From Desulfomonilia bacterium (lineage in GTDB: Bacteria; Desulfobacterota; Desulfomonilia; UBA1062), in assembly GCA_050014195.1 (NCBI GenBank), contig JBEKDT010000008.1, positions 32,001 through 96,000 on the forward strand: a DNA stretch of 64,000 nt, read 5' to 3'. This document shows, in pieces, positions 37,252-48,072 of the stretch. Position numbers and translations under genes: made by a program. The notes under the pieces were generated by a model that did not search any database, had not been told where the DNA came from, and worked only from the letters and a program-made list of their open reading frames with translations. The stretch's first letter is position 1, and every line of letters starts with the position of its first letter.

Positions 37252-39051
37252 TCACGACAAATGAATACTATCATCCCCGGCAGGAGAAAGGGGCCTGCCG
37301 TGGATCTCTCGCACCTTGTTCCTCAGGACTTTACCCACAGGGCTCATCGGGAAGGCGTCGGTAAACACAACCGACTTCGGCCGCTTGAACCCGGTCATCC
37401 TGTCTTTGCACCAAGTTATGATTTCTTCTTCCGTGGCTGTTTTGCCGGGTTTCAATACCACCACCGCCCTGACAATGTTACCCCATGTCTCATCAGGTAC
37501 GCCGATAACACACACTGCATCAACATTTTCATGTCCTTGAAGTACCTCTTCTATTTCGTGGGGGAAGACCTTCTCCGCACCTGTGGAGATACACTCTCCT
37601 TTGCGGTCAACAATGATGAGCTCACCTTCGGCATCGATGTAGCCGAGATCGCCCGAGTGAAACCACCCGTCCTTGATTACCTCGGAGGTCTTCTGTGAAT
37701 CACCATAATAGCCCTTCATGATCGTGCCGCTCTGATAGAGGATTTCGCCGGTGTCGCCCTGAGGGACATCCTGGCCCTTCTCGTTCACAATGCGCATCTT
37801 GATGCCCGACAGGGGGCGTCCGACCGACTTGTTTTTGATGGTCTCCGGTGAAGCATCGATCCGAAGTGTCGTGTCGGGCGTCATCTCTGTCTGTCCGAAC
37901 ACATCCACCACGAGTGAGTTGGGGAATTTCTCAAGGATCTGTTTCTTGCGGTGTGCAGGATTGGCCCCGGCGCCCGTCATGGCCACGAGCACCGACCTGA
38001 GGTCATACCGGTCGATTTGAGGGTAATCGAGGACCATTTTCCACTGGGTCGGCACGAGGAGCATCACCATGGGCTTTTCCCGCACGATGGTCTTGAGTAC
38101 CTCCTCGGGATCGAAATGGATGCCTTCCCGGAGGATGAAGTGGATAAGCCCGGACATGGGTCCGATAATAAGGAGCTGGTAGTTGGCCATGTGGAAGAGC
38201 GGCATGTTCATGAATATGGACAGACCACCCGTGATCCTGCCGAGAACCGGGCCCAAGGGCTTGCCGGTGGTCTTGGAGAGCAGGGCGGGGACATTCTTGG
38301 AGACAAACGAGCGTACCTTCGGAGATCCCATGAGCCTGTTCAGGGGGCGTTCGAGTGCCGGTACATGGAAGAGGCCGGCGATTATCCTGCCGAAGTTCAC
38401 CTTCTCATCGGATGCGAGTCTCCCGATCAGATCGCTGAAGAGCGACTCCGCGAGGTTCCAGAAGTTGGAGTAGGTGAGCACAACCCCCTTGGGCAACCCT
38501 GTGGTGCCGCCCGTATAGCAGATAGTGCAGACATCCTCCTGACTGGTGCATGCAGGAGGTTCGGTTGCCGGATGTGATGCTATCAATGTTTCATAGTCGA
38601 GCATACGCTCCGGTACCGGACTACCATGCCGGGGTATGCATATGGTGTGTCTGATCTTTTTTGTATTTTGAAGGGCCTTGAGCGCCTCTTTTTCGAACAG
38701 GTCCTCCAGGATGAGGACTTCAGCGTCAGAGTGGGTGAGCTGGTATTCGATCTCCCGGGCCACAAACCTGAAGTTAATCGGTATGGGAACAGCACCAAGC
38801 TTCTGGAGTGCATAATTAGTCTCGATGAATTCCGGGCAGTCATGCAACAGGATTGCAGCGTGATCGCCTTTGGTTATGCCGAGTCCCTTTAGGGCGTTGG
38901 CGAGCCTGTTCACCCGGTTATTGAGGTCTTTCCAGGTGATCTTTGCAGGCCCGCAGGTTATTGCGATGCCGCTACCGTTAAAGCGGGCCATGGAGGCGAT
39001 GAGCTCACCGAAACTTTTCCTGGAAGAAGGTCTCACATCATGCCCTGTCAC
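37252..39051 (-). CDS. AMP-binding acyl-CoA synthetase
   Basis: YTGGTTGLPKGV, FGQTE, GWFHSGDLG, DRK..I.TG.EKVFP.EIE, P.SPVGK. Confidence 0.93.
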   Translation of the reverse strand: MTGHDVRPSSRKSFGELIASMARFNGSGIAITCGPAKITWKDLNNRVNRLANALKGLGITKGDHAAILLHDCPEFIETNYALQKLGAVPIPINFRFVAREIEYQLTHSDAEVLILEDLFEKEALKALQNTKKIRHTICIPRHGSPVPERMLDYETLIASHPATEPPACTSQEDVCTICYTGGTTGLPKGVVLTYSNFWNLAESLFSDLIGRLASDEKVNFGRIIAGLFHVPALERPLNRLMGSPKVRSFVSKNVPALLSKTTGKPLGPVLGRITGGLSIFMNMPLFHMANYQLLIIGPMSGLIHFILREGIHFDPEEVLKTIVREKPMVMLLVPTQWKMVLDYPQIDRYDLRSVLVAMTGAGANPAHRKKQILEKFPNSLVVDVFGQTEMTPDTTLRIDASPETIKNKSVGRPLSGIKMRIVNEKGQDVPQGDTGEILYQSGTIMKGYYGDSQKTSEVIKDGWFHSGDLGYIDAEGELIIVDRKGECISTGAEKVFPHEIEEVLQGHENVDAVCVIGVPDETWGNIVRAVVVLKPGKTATEEEIITWCKDRMTGFKRPKSVVFTDAFPMSPVGKVLRNKVREIHGRPLSPAGDDSIHLS

Positions 39052-39212
39052 AACGCCACCTCTGTAAGATTGAGAAAATGCGAATTCAAAATAATATCAC
39101 CGGTTATCTCACCCGGGCAAAATACATATGATAGTTATATGATAATACATTAAAACAAGATCGGTTTCAATACGATTAGCAGTCAGGCGCCGCACATCCA
39201 TGTCGGCCCAAG

Positions 39213-39244
39213 AAAAAGGGCGGGCATCTCGAAGAGGCCCGCCC
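39213..39244 (-). terminator. Intrinsic terminator after the fatty acid-CoA ligase
   Basis: Minus strand GGGCGGGC-CTCTTCGAGAT-GCCCGCCC-TTTTT. Confidence 0.75.
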
Positions 39245-39303
39245 CGCGCAACGGAGTTTTTTTACCTGTGTCCTTAAATCGGGTGATGTCTGCTCACCCT
39301 TGA

Positions 39304-40965
39304 TTATGAAGAGAGTTGATCCTTGGCATACATTGTCCTGATAAGCTTTTTGTCGATCTTACCGACGCTCGTCTTGGGTATCTCTTCGGTAATGACATAC
39401 CTCTCAGGAATGGCGTACTTGGGAATCTTGCCCTGAGATGCACAGGTCTTCATGAACTCCTTGAGCACCTCCTCGGTGACACCGTCGCCCCTGAACTGGG
39501 GTTTGAGGATAACCAGCAGCAAGGGCCGTTCGCCCCACTTGGGGTCGGGAACGCCGATGGCCGCCGCCTCCTGGATAGCCTCATGCGTGCTGATGGCATT
39601 CTCCAGGTCCAGCGAGGAGACCCACTCACCGCCCGTCTTGATGACATCCTTGAGCCGGTCGGTGATCTGGATATACCCTTCTGAATCCATGTAGCCCACA
39701 TCCCCGGTATGGAGCCATCCGCCGCTCCAGAGGTCTCCGGTCTTTTCCGAATCTTTGTAATAGCCATGAGTGAACCAGGGTGCACGCACCACAATCTCGC
39801 CGGTGGTTTGGCCGTCGTTCGGCAGGAAATTGCCTTGGGGGTCGGCAATTCTCACATCCACGAGCGAGATAGGCATGCCGGTCTTGATGGCGATCTCACT
39901 CTTGCGCTCGTTGTCGCAACCTTTCATGGATGGTTTTAGGTTTGATACACTGATCACGGGGCAGGTCTCGGACATGCCGTAGCCCGTCATCACCTGGATT
40001 CCAAGGTCGATGGCTGCCTGGGCAAGCCCCTTGGCCAGCCTGGCCCCGCCGATGACGACCTTCCAGAATGAGAGGTCGTACTTCTTGGAGATGGGGCTGT
40101 TCACCAGCATCTGGAGGATGGTGGGCACGCAGTGGGAGAAGGTGACCCTTTCTTCCAGGATGAGCTTTATAAGCATCTCAGGCTCATACTTGCCGGGGTA
40201 GACCTGTTTAATACCCATCATGGTGGCTATGTAGGGGAATCCCCAGGCATGGACGTGGAACATGGGGGTGATGGGCATATAGACATCCGAGGTGGAGAAC
40301 CTCAGCGGGGTGTCATGGCAGCTGACTGCTATGCACACGCTCATGGTGTGGAGGACAAGCTGCCGGTGTGTGAAGAACACGCCCTTGGGCAATCCTGTGG
40401 TGCCGGTTGTATAGAATGTGGTTGCCTTGGTGTTCTCATCGAGATCCGGGAAGTCGTAGTTCGGAGATGCCTCCTTGAGCATCTGCTCATACTCGGCATC
40501 GATCGACAGGTCGGTCTGCGGCATCTCATCCGTATCCTTGAGGACCACAATCTTCTTCACGGTCTTGATCCGGTCCCTGATGGATGCGAGCAGGGGCAGA
40601 AAGTCGGCATTGATGAGCACGACATCGGCCTGGGCATGGTTCATAGTGTACTCGATCTGATCCGGCGAGAGCCGCCAGTTTACCATGAACAGCACTGCCC
40701 CCAGCATGGGGACTGCGAAAAAGCTCTCCAGGTAGCGGTGCGAGTCGTAGTCAAAGACCGCGACCGTATCCCCCTGCTTCACACCCAGCTTGTTAAGGGC
40801 GCTGCCGAGCCTGTCTATCCTCTCGAAGAGGTCGTTGTAGGTGTAGCGCACCTTGTTGCGGTATACGATCTCCTGACTTCCTGCGCTGATCCTTGGGGTG
40901 TTGAGCAGGTCTTTTATCGTGAGCTGGAACCGGTATTGTTGTCCGTTAAGGGATCTTGCCGCCAT
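39304..40965 (-). CDS. Fatty acid-CoA ligase (AlkK/DmdB-like)
   Basis: YTTGTTGLPKGV.F.HRQLVLH, PMFHVHAWG.PY, GWLHTGD, DRLKDVIKTGGEWVSS, PKTSVGK. Confidence 0.94.
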   Translation of the reverse strand: MAARSLNGQQYRFQLTIKDLLNTPRISAGSQEIVYRNKVRYTYNDLFERIDRLGSALNKLGVKQGDTVAVFDYDSHRYLESFFAVPMLGAVLFMVNWRLSPDQIEYTMNHAQADVVLINADFLPLLASIRDRIKTVKKIVVLKDTDEMPQTDLSIDAEYEQMLKEASPNYDFPDLDENTKATTFYTTGTTGLPKGVFFTHRQLVLHTMSVCIAVSCHDTPLRFSTSDVYMPITPMFHVHAWGFPYIATMMGIKQVYPGKYEPEMLIKLILEERVTFSHCVPTILQMLVNSPISKKYDLSFWKVVIGGARLAKGLAQAAIDLGIQVMTGYGMSETCPVISVSNLKPSMKGCDNERKSEIAIKTGMPISLVDVRIADPQGNFLPNDGQTTGEIVVRAPWFTHGYYKDSEKTGDLWSGGWLHTGDVGYMDSEGYIQITDRLKDVIKTGGEWVSSLDLENAISTHEAIQEAAAIGVPDPKWGERPLLLVILKPQFRGDGVTEEVLKEFMKTCASQGKIPKYAIPERYVITEEIPKTSVGKIDKKLIRTMYAKDQLSS

Positions 40966-41144
40966 ACTGACCTCCTTACAGTCATTTTAGTATCTGTTCG
41001 AGATAATCGGATGAAATGGGTTTCTTAACAATCAGTTACAGACCGTTTCTTTTGTGCATGAAGGGAGGAAAAATAGATAGGGAGATGACCTACAGAGGCG
41101 TGACCAATCTTGTAGGGGCTGTTCCGAACCGAGATGCAGGGTGT

Positions 41145-41837
41145 TCAGGTGTTGTTCTGATGTTCCTTCTCGAACCAGTTCAGTGCGTATCGCAGGAGCT
41201 CTGTGGCATTCTTCAGGTTCAGCTTTTCCTTTATCCGCTCCCGGTAGGTGCCGATGGTCTTCACGCTCAGGTGGAGCTTATTGCCGATCTCGCTGATGCT
41301 CAAGCCTTCTCCGATGAGCTGGAAAACCTCGATCTCCCGGTCCGTGAGGGCCTGGAGAGGAGATTCTGTAGGTTCTCTTGGGCCTTCGATGAATCTGGTG
41401 AGGATATTTTCCGTAACCTTTTTGCTTGCATAGATACCTCCGGTCAAAACCTGACGGATAGCCTGGACCACAGACTCGGATGCCTCCTGCTTCATGACAT
41501 AGCCGCGTGCACCTGCCCTGAATGCACGCTCGGCATAGAGCGATTCGTCATGCATGGAGATAACCAGCATAGGGATGCCCTTGTTGTACTTGTGGATCTC
41601 CTTGATAAGGTCTATGCCGCTCATGTCCTTCAAGGTTATGTCCACGATGATCATGTCGGGACTGAGTGTATTGACGGCCTTCATGGCGCCGTGGTAGTCC
41701 TCGGCTTCGCCGCATATCATGAGATCGTCCTCCTGGCTGATGAGCTGCATGAGCCCGTGTCTGAAGATGGGGTGGTCGTCCACGATGAGGATTCTGTGTT
41801 TCTGGTCTCTTGGGGGTTTATCCTGCGGCATCATCAC
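41145..41837 (-). CDS. NarL/LuxR-family response regulator
   Basis: ILIVDDHPIFRHGL receiver domain; LTDREIEVF.LIGEG...LSVKTIGTYRERIKEKL HTH. Confidence 0.95.
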   Translation of the reverse strand: MMMPQDKPPRDQKHRILIVDDHPIFRHGLMQLISQEDDLMICGEAEDYHGAMKAVNTLSPDMIIVDITLKDMSGIDLIKEIHKYNKGIPMLVISMHDESLYAERAFRAGARGYVMKQEASESVVQAIRQVLTGGIYASKKVTENILTRFIEGPREPTESPLQALTDREIEVFQLIGEGLSISEIGNKLHLSVKTIGTYRERIKEKLNLKNATELLRYALNWFEKEHQNNT

Positions 41838-43311
41838 TTTCCTTTCCCGGTGTGAGGGTGCAGGTAACCAGCGTGCCTCCGAGGGGGTCCGACTCGATCT
41901 TCAAGGAGGCATTGATCATCCTTGCCCGGTAGTTCATGATCCGCAGACCTATGCCGGACACGCCGGCAACATCCTTGATCCCGATGCCGTTGTCCAGGAT
42001 GGACAGGGATACTACCCCGCCGGTGTTCAGCAGGTCGATGGAGATTTTTGTGGCCTTGCCGTGCTCGATCGCATTGTGGATGGACTCCTTGGCGATATAG
42101 TAGAGGTGTGTGGCAAGGGTGTTGTTCCTGACAGGGACATGCCGGGGGCAGTTGAAGGCGCAGGAGATCCCGAAGATGTTCGATGTGCTTGCAGCTAGCT
42201 CCTCCAGTGAAGATTCCAAACCTTGGCTGGTGAGGTGCACCGGGCACAGCCCCCGGGCGAGCCTCCTGGTCTTCACGATGGCCTCCTTCACAAGCTGGTT
42301 GATCTCGCCCGCATAGCGCGTATCCTCCGGGGACAGAGATTCCAGTTTGTTCTTGAGCACCTTGGTCATGACATCGATGCCGATGAGGTGCTGGCCGAGG
42401 TCGTCGTGGAGCTCATAGCCGATCTTCTGGCGCTCCCGCTCGGAGATGTCCAAAACCTCTTTCTCAAGCTGTTTCATGGCAGTGATGTCTGTGATGACTG
42501 CGAAACCACCTGTAAAACGGCCCTGGGAGTCGTGCATGGCCCGCGGGGAGACAATGGTGTAGATGGGAGTTCCGTCGTGTCCCCTCCAGGTGACCTCGTA
42601 AGACTCGGGGGCGTCCTTTCTCCGCATATTGAGCATCCACAGACCCAGATCCCTTTCGCTGATGAACTCCCTGGTGGGGTGTCCGATGATCTCTTCGCGC
42701 GGCCGTTGGAGGATCTTGCAGATCTTGTCGTTTACATAGGTGATGACACCCCGGCGATTCTGGATGCCCAGGCCCTCGTTCATGGTCTCTACGAGCTGGC
42801 GGAACCGCTCTTCGCTGTCGCGAAGGGCCTTCTCGGCCTCGATGCGTTCGGAGATATCCACCATGGATGCGATACTCTGCCTGGTGCCCGGAATTATGGC
42901 GATGGTCATGAAGATATAGAGGGTTCCGCCGTCCTTGTTTATGATCTTGAATTCGTAGTTCCTTGGTGCTGAAGCGGGGTCCTGCCGCCTCATCTTATGG
43001 TACTCCAGCAGACGGTTGATGTCATCCTCCGCCACATATTTTGTCCAGGTCTGGCCTATGATCTCTTCCCGTGAGTATCCGGTGAAATTGGCGAAATCGG
43101 AGTTCATCATGGATATGGTGGTGTCTTCCTCGATGACGATGGTGGCGGTACCGGAATTTTCAAACAGGGTCCGATAAAAATTTTCCGAGTGTGTGAGCTC
43201 TTCCTCGATCTGAAGGTATTTCTGTGCCCGCTTCCTGAGATCCTCGGTTTCCTTTCGCAAGGAGCCGAGTTCATGTATGAGTTGTTGCTTCTTCTTTCTG
43301 TCGTCCCTCAC
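41818..43311 (-). CDS. PAS-PAS sensor histidine kinase (HisKA_3 type)
   Basis: Two PAS/PAC repeats; ERQKIGYELHDDLGQ; KESIHNAIEHG; DNGIG; GIGLRIM; GTG at 43311 with GGAG RBS. Confidence 0.93.
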   Translation of the reverse strand: MRDDRKKKQQLIHELGSLRKETEDLRKRAQKYLQIEEELTHSENFYRTLFENSGTATIVIEEDTTISMMNSDFANFTGYSREEIIGQTWTKYVAEDDINRLLEYHKMRRQDPASAPRNYEFKIINKDGGTLYIFMTIAIIPGTRQSIASMVDISERIEAEKALRDSEERFRQLVETMNEGLGIQNRRGVITYVNDKICKILQRPREEIIGHPTREFISERDLGLWMLNMRRKDAPESYEVTWRGHDGTPIYTIVSPRAMHDSQGRFTGGFAVITDITAMKQLEKEVLDISERERQKIGYELHDDLGQHLIGIDVMTKVLKNKLESLSPEDTRYAGEINQLVKEAIVKTRRLARGLCPVHLTSQGLESSLEELAASTSNIFGISCAFNCPRHVPVRNNTLATHLYYIAKESIHNAIEHGKATKISIDLLNTGGVVSLSILDNGIGIKDVAGVSGIGLRIMNYRARMINASLKIESDPLGGTLVTCTLTPGKESDDAAG

Positions 43312-43461
43312 GGGAGATGCTCCGCCATACCGTATTGCAGCGATTGTATCCGAGAACGCTCCGCCTGTCCACGGGATGGTGCTTGAGCGAAATCTCACGA
43401 GAGAAAAATATGGGAATCCTTCCTAAAACCCGGATGCTGCATTTGAGAGAAATCTAAAGAC

Positions 43462-43484
43462 TGTAGGAGCGGGTTTAGCCGCGA
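43462..43484 (+). repeat. GTAG-type REP-like element
   Basis: TGTAGGAGCGGGTTTAGCCGCGA; degenerate partner TCGCGCCTGAAG near 43511. Confidence 0.45.
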
Positions 43485-43545
43485 CAGGAATAAGGGGTGC
43501 ACGAACTTTTTCGCGCCTGAAGATGCCGGGGTACGTAAAAGAATG

Positions 43546-44325
43546 CTACGATGTCAGTCTCACCGCGATACTACTTTGTTTCAGGAAGTCCTTGATCCCG
43601 GCGATGGTATACTCCTTGTAGTGGACCATGGAAGCTATGAGTGCTGCATCCGCATCGGCTTTTAAAAACACATCCCGGATATGTTCAGGCTTTCCTGCAC
43701 CGCCCGAGGCAATGACCGGGATGGTGACATTCCTTGATATCAGGGCGGTCAGTGTGAGCTCATAGCCTTGTGTCGTGCCGTCGGCATCAATAGAGTTCAG
43801 ACAGATCTCTCCTGCACCGAGGTCCTGGGCCTGTTTGGCCCACTGCAGGGCATCCATGCCCATGGGGGTTCTCCCGCCGTTGATCACTACCTCATAGCCG
43901 CATGGGATCTTATTGCTCGGTGTAACCTTCTTGGCATCCATTCCAAGCACGATACACTGGTTGCCGAAGTGCCGTGCCCCTTGAGAGAGGATCGGGGGGT
44001 TGAGCACGGCGGCGCTGTTGACGCTTATCTTCTCGGCCCCGGCGTCCAGCACCCGGTACATGTCATCGAGCGTGCGGATACCGCCCCCCACCGAGAAGGG
44101 GATGAAGATGTTCTCGGCAACGCCGCGCACCACCTCGATCATGATGTCCCTGCGGTCCGAAGATGCGGTGATATCATAGAATACCAGCTCATCCACGCCC
44201 TGCTCATAGTATTCCTTTGCCATCTCCACCGGGTCGCCGATGTCGATGTTGTTCATGAATTTTATGCCCTTGGTGGTCTTGCCGTCCCTCACGTCAAGGC
44301 AGATAATGATCCGTTTGCTGAGCAT
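43546..44325 (-). CDS. hisF: Imidazole glycerol phosphate synthase cyclase subunit
   Basis: [49 protein letters not shown]. Confidence 0.97.
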   Translation of the reverse strand: MLSKRIIICLDVRDGKTTKGIKFMNNIDIGDPVEMAKEYYEQGVDELVFYDITASSDRRDIMIEVVRGVAENIFIPFSVGGGIRTLDDMYRVLDAGAEKISVNSAAVLNPPILSQGARHFGNQCIVLGMDAKKVTPSNKIPCGYEVVINGGRTPMGMDALQWAKQAQDLGAGEICLNSIDADGTTQGYELTLTALISRNVTIPVIASGGAGKPEHIRDVFLKADADAALIASMVHYKEYTIAGIKDFLKQSSIAVRLTS

Positions 44326-44462
44326 GTATGCCTCATAAGACAAACCAGTGGATTTTTCCAGCAGAATGTATGTGTGACCTCTTGCCGGGTTGAGAGGTTT
44401 GAAAAGCGCAGCCGAGGCGATGGAAAGACTACCCCCCGGCTGCACCGGGCATGGGTTCAACG

Positions 44463-46328
44463 TTATGAAGCAAAGCTCTCGTCTGCAATCTCCATGATGG
44501 AAAGGTCTTCGCTCTTGATGGCCTTCACCGTGCTGTCTACCTCGGGGAGTACGTTCTTGATAAAGTATTTCGCTGATTTCACCTTGCCGTCGTAGAAGGC
44601 TGCGTCCTTGTTCTCCTTGACAAAGGCGGCAATGGCGAATGGATCATTTGCATTGATACCCTTTTGACTGCAGAGGGCAGCGAGCTCTTTATGGGCTATC
44701 TGGGCCTCCCAGAGAAGGAGCCAGGCGCAGACGATCTTGCCCATCATCATGAGGAAGGGATATGCGTTGCCTACGGGGATGAGGAACTTGCCGGCCTTGC
44801 CGCAGGAGGCAAAGAACATCGCGATCTCCGCCAGGGCATTGACACCTGCCTGAACATCTTCCGCAAGACTTTTTAATGCCTCTATGCCCCGGGTATCGGC
44901 TACTGTTTTGTTCATCTCACCAAGCAGGGTCATAAAGTATGCGCCTTTCTTCATACCCATCTTCCTGCCTACGAGGTCAAGGGCCTGAATGCCATTGGTT
45001 CCCTCGTAAATGGAGGCGATCTTCTCATCGCGCATGAACTGCTCGATGGGGTACTCACTGCAGAAGCCGTATCCGCCGTAGCACTGCATGGCCGTCTCGG
45101 TCACCTTAAAGCCGATGTCCGAGCAGTAGGCTTTAATGATGGGGGTGAGAATCTCCACGATCCCCAGCCACTTTTCCGCATCGAGAGGATCCTTGAAGCT
45201 GGCGGCCCTGTCACCGCAGGTGGTGGCATAGTACATGAGCGCCCTCATGCCTTCCACATTGGACTTCATCCACAAGAGCATACGCCTGATATCCGGGTGC
45301 GAGATGATGGAGACACGTGGGGCCTCGGGGTTTTTAAACTCCAGGAGCGATGAGCCCTGGAGTCTCTCCTTGGTATACTGCAGGGCATGGAGGTAAGCGA
45401 TGGATGCGCTTGTGAGGCCCTGCAGTCCTGTTGCGATCCTCGCCTCGTTCATCATCTGGAACATGATTTTCATGCCTTCGCGCTCGTTGCCAAGGAGTTC
45501 TCCGTAGCAGTTGTTGTCGTCGCCGAAGTTGATGACGCAGGTGGAACTCCCGTGGATGCCCATCTTCTCCTCGATCTTGGCGATCTCGAAGTCGTTGCGC
45601 CTCCCCAGTGAACCGTCTCCATTGACCAGAAACTTGGGCACGATGAATATGGATATGCCCTTGGTGCCTGCAGGGTCGCCCTCGATCCTGGCAAGTACGG
45701 GATGGATGATGTTCTCGGTGAGATCCTGGTCGCCGCCGGTGATGAACATCTTGGTGCCATGGAGTTTGAAGGTGCCGTCGGGCTGTCGTACGGCCTTTGT
45801 GCTTAAGTTCCCCACGTCGGTTCCTGCGCCCGGCTCGGTCAGGCACATGGAGCCTCCCCACTGCCCGCTGACCATCTTGGGAAGGTATTTCTTTTTCTGC
45901 TCTTCAGCGCCATAGTTCTCGATGAGGTGTGCGGCGCCTTCGCCGAGACCAGGGTAGGAGGAAAATGCGAAGTTATGTACGAACCAGTCATGACCGGCAA
46001 TCCTCATGATAAAGGGAAGGCCCTGGCCGCCGTACTCCTGGGGTAACGACATACAGTTCCACCCGGCCCCGCAGAAGAGCTTGTATGGCTTATGGAAACA
46101 TTTCGGTACGTGCACCTGCCCGTTGACCAGCTTGCATCCTTCCTTGTCGGACTCGGCCAGGGTGGGTAGTAGCTCCTCCGCAGCAAACTTCTGGGCCTCG
46201 GTCAGGATCATCTCGAACATGTCCTTGGAGAAATCCGCATATCTCTCTGTCTCGCAGAGCTTTTCAATCTCGAGCATCTCAAACAAAACAAACTTCTGGT
46301 CCCTTTCATCTAAAATCAAATTGGCCAT
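44463..46328 (-). CDS. Acyl-CoA dehydrogenase (DmdC-like long subfamily)
   Basis: [66 protein letters not shown]. Confidence 0.96.
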   Translation of the reverse strand: MANLILDERDQKFVLFEMLEIEKLCETERYADFSKDMFEMILTEAQKFAAEELLPTLAESDKEGCKLVNGQVHVPKCFHKPYKLFCGAGWNCMSLPQEYGGQGLPFIMRIAGHDWFVHNFAFSSYPGLGEGAAHLIENYGAEEQKKKYLPKMVSGQWGGSMCLTEPGAGTDVGNLSTKAVRQPDGTFKLHGTKMFITGGDQDLTENIIHPVLARIEGDPAGTKGISIFIVPKFLVNGDGSLGRRNDFEIAKIEEKMGIHGSSTCVINFGDDNNCYGELLGNEREGMKIMFQMMNEARIATGLQGLTSASIAYLHALQYTKERLQGSSLLEFKNPEAPRVSIISHPDIRRMLLWMKSNVEGMRALMYYATTCGDRAASFKDPLDAEKWLGIVEILTPIIKAYCSDIGFKVTETAMQCYGGYGFCSEYPIEQFMRDEKIASIYEGTNGIQALDLVGRKMGMKKGAYFMTLLGEMNKTVADTRGIEALKSLAEDVQAGVNALAEIAMFFASCGKAGKFLIPVGNAYPFLMMMGKIVCAWLLLWEAQIAHKELAALCSQKGINANDPFAIAAFVKENKDAAFYDGKVKSAKYFIKNVLPEVDSTVKAIKSEDLSIMEIADESFAS

Positions 46329-46566
46329 AGAATCCTCCCTCTCATGATTATCAATAGTTATTTGTTATGCAGTACCTTGGCCCTTAAACGGAATCGTGAG
46401 AGACCGTATACTGAGTTGAGTCCCGAAACAAGGGCCCTGGAGGATATATTGTATTACAATATGAACCTCTTACAGAGATAGAATCATGTTCGTTTGTCGT
46501 TGTCAAGTCGCTAAGCGATTACAAAGATGTGAATGAGAGATTGAGGCGGATGTATGGATACTATTC

Positions 46567-47604
46567 TTATGCGCGCTTATGCGGATTGTCCGGTCCGTTT
46601 TCGTGCATCCGGGGGGGCGATAGGCGTTTGATATGTGCCAGGGCCTTGCGGTTGAGGAGGACCTCCTTTCTTAAAAAATGGATCTGGGAGGCAAGGAATC
46701 CAAAAGATAAGATCTGGATGCCGCCCAGTATGAAAAGGATCATGAGGGTGGTCAGGGGTCGGTTTGGATTGAGGATATGACCGTAGTAGAGAAACAGGAT
46801 GTATCCGCCTATCCCCATACCTATGAGGAAGAGCACAACGCCCACAAAGCCGAAGAGCAGGGCAGGCCGCTCGAAAATAGTGAACAGAAGGTGAGAGACC
46901 GCCGTTGACTTGAAGACGAATTTTGATGCGCCCTTTTTCCGTGAGGTGAGCACGGCAGGGATCTCTCTGACCCGAAACCCCATGGCAAGCAGTTTGGAAA
47001 GGATCTCCAGGTGTATCTCCTTGCCGTTGGATTCCAGGTCGAGGCTGCTGATGACCTCATTACGATAACACCGCACGATACAGGTGAGGGTATGGATCTT
47101 TTCAGGCAGGGCCAACTGGAGAATCTTGTTACCCATCATGGAGACGAAGAGCCTGTCCTTGGGGACACCCTCGGTTCCGCCGCCCTTCATATAAGGACTC
47201 ACGAGCACAACATCGATGTCGCTCTCATTGTCGAGCACTTGTGCCATCTGAAGGATGTAGGCAGGGTCATAGGAAAGGTCGGCGTCGATGGTGGCGATGT
47301 ATCTGCCGCGGGCCGCCTTGAACCCGTATCTGATGGCCTTGCCCCTGCCGCCGTTCTTCCAGTAGGAGACTACATGAACATGTGGGTCTTTTGATGCGAT
47401 CTCATCCAAGATATCAAGGGTGCCGTCCGTGCTGCCGTCATTGACAGGGATGATCTCATAGGGCTCACCTGTTCCCTTCAGGAGGCTTTCCACACGGGCG
47501 ATCGTGTCCGGGGCGTTCTCCTCTTCATTGAACATGGGGATGATCACGCTGATCTTTACCGGGTAATCATCCGGCTCTATACCCACTTCAGCACCCTTGT
47601 GCAT
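46567..47604 (-). CDS. GT2 glycosyltransferase (polyprenol-phosphate sugar transferase-like) with two C-terminal TMs
   Basis: SVIIPMFNEEE, VNDGSTDGT, NGGRGKAIRYGF, IDADLSYDP; start position uncertain. Confidence 0.9.
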   Translation of the reverse strand: MHKGAEVGIEPDDYPVKISVIIPMFNEEENAPDTIARVESLLKGTGEPYEIIPVNDGSTDGTLDILDEIASKDPHVHVVSYWKNGGRGKAIRYGFKAARGRYIATIDADLSYDPAYILQMAQVLDNESDIDVVLVSPYMKGGGTEGVPKDRLFVSMMGNKILQLALPEKIHTLTCIVRCYRNEVISSLDLESNGKEIHLEILSKLLAMGFRVREIPAVLTSRKKGASKFVFKSTAVSHLLFTIFERPALLFGFVGVVLFLIGMGIGGYILFLYYGHILNPNRPLTTLMILFILGGIQILSFGFLASQIHFLRKEVLLNRKALAHIKRLSPPRMHENGPDNPHKRA

Positions 47605-47734
47605 GGTTTGATCATATCGAATATTCAAATTGTTGTATAGGAATTCTTTGATCGAAAGTGGAAGCCTGAAGAGATAAAAAGGTGCGAACCGTCTTGATTG
47701 TCCCCTGTTCACTCATGTTGACCCATGTACAGAC

Positions 47735-47761
47735 AAAGATCTCCCCCGATGGGAGATCTTT
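47735..47761. terminator. Perfect hairpin in intergenic region
   Basis: AAAGATCTCCC-ccgat-GGGAGATCTTT. Confidence 0.55.
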
Positions 47762-48072
47762 ATAAAACTTTGGAGGAGGAACGAGGCCGGGAAATAATAT
47801 CTTAGTTTTTCGTGAGGCTACCATATATAATGCAATGGGGGTGCCAATGACTGAAATTGTCCAACATAATGATTATACTTATAAATAAATCTCAGCTTCG
47901 AATGCGGATCATGGGGTGAGTGAAAAGAAATGCCCATTTTCTCTAAGGGATTTCCAATTCTTCCATGAGGCCCCGGAAGGAGGGGCGATCGACTTTGTCA
48001 GGCATGATAGTCTTCGGTGATCAAGTTCTCACATTACGAATGAATGCACAGTGGTATGAAGAGAGATGCCGA

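Noticed and set aside
43546-44325. hisF without adjacent his genes as a sign of a novel pathway
   Set aside because: The sequence is canonical, and dispersed his genes are common.
47847-48060. Possible decayed small gene on the + strand
   Set aside because: Stop after about 13 codons and no recognisable homology in any frame.
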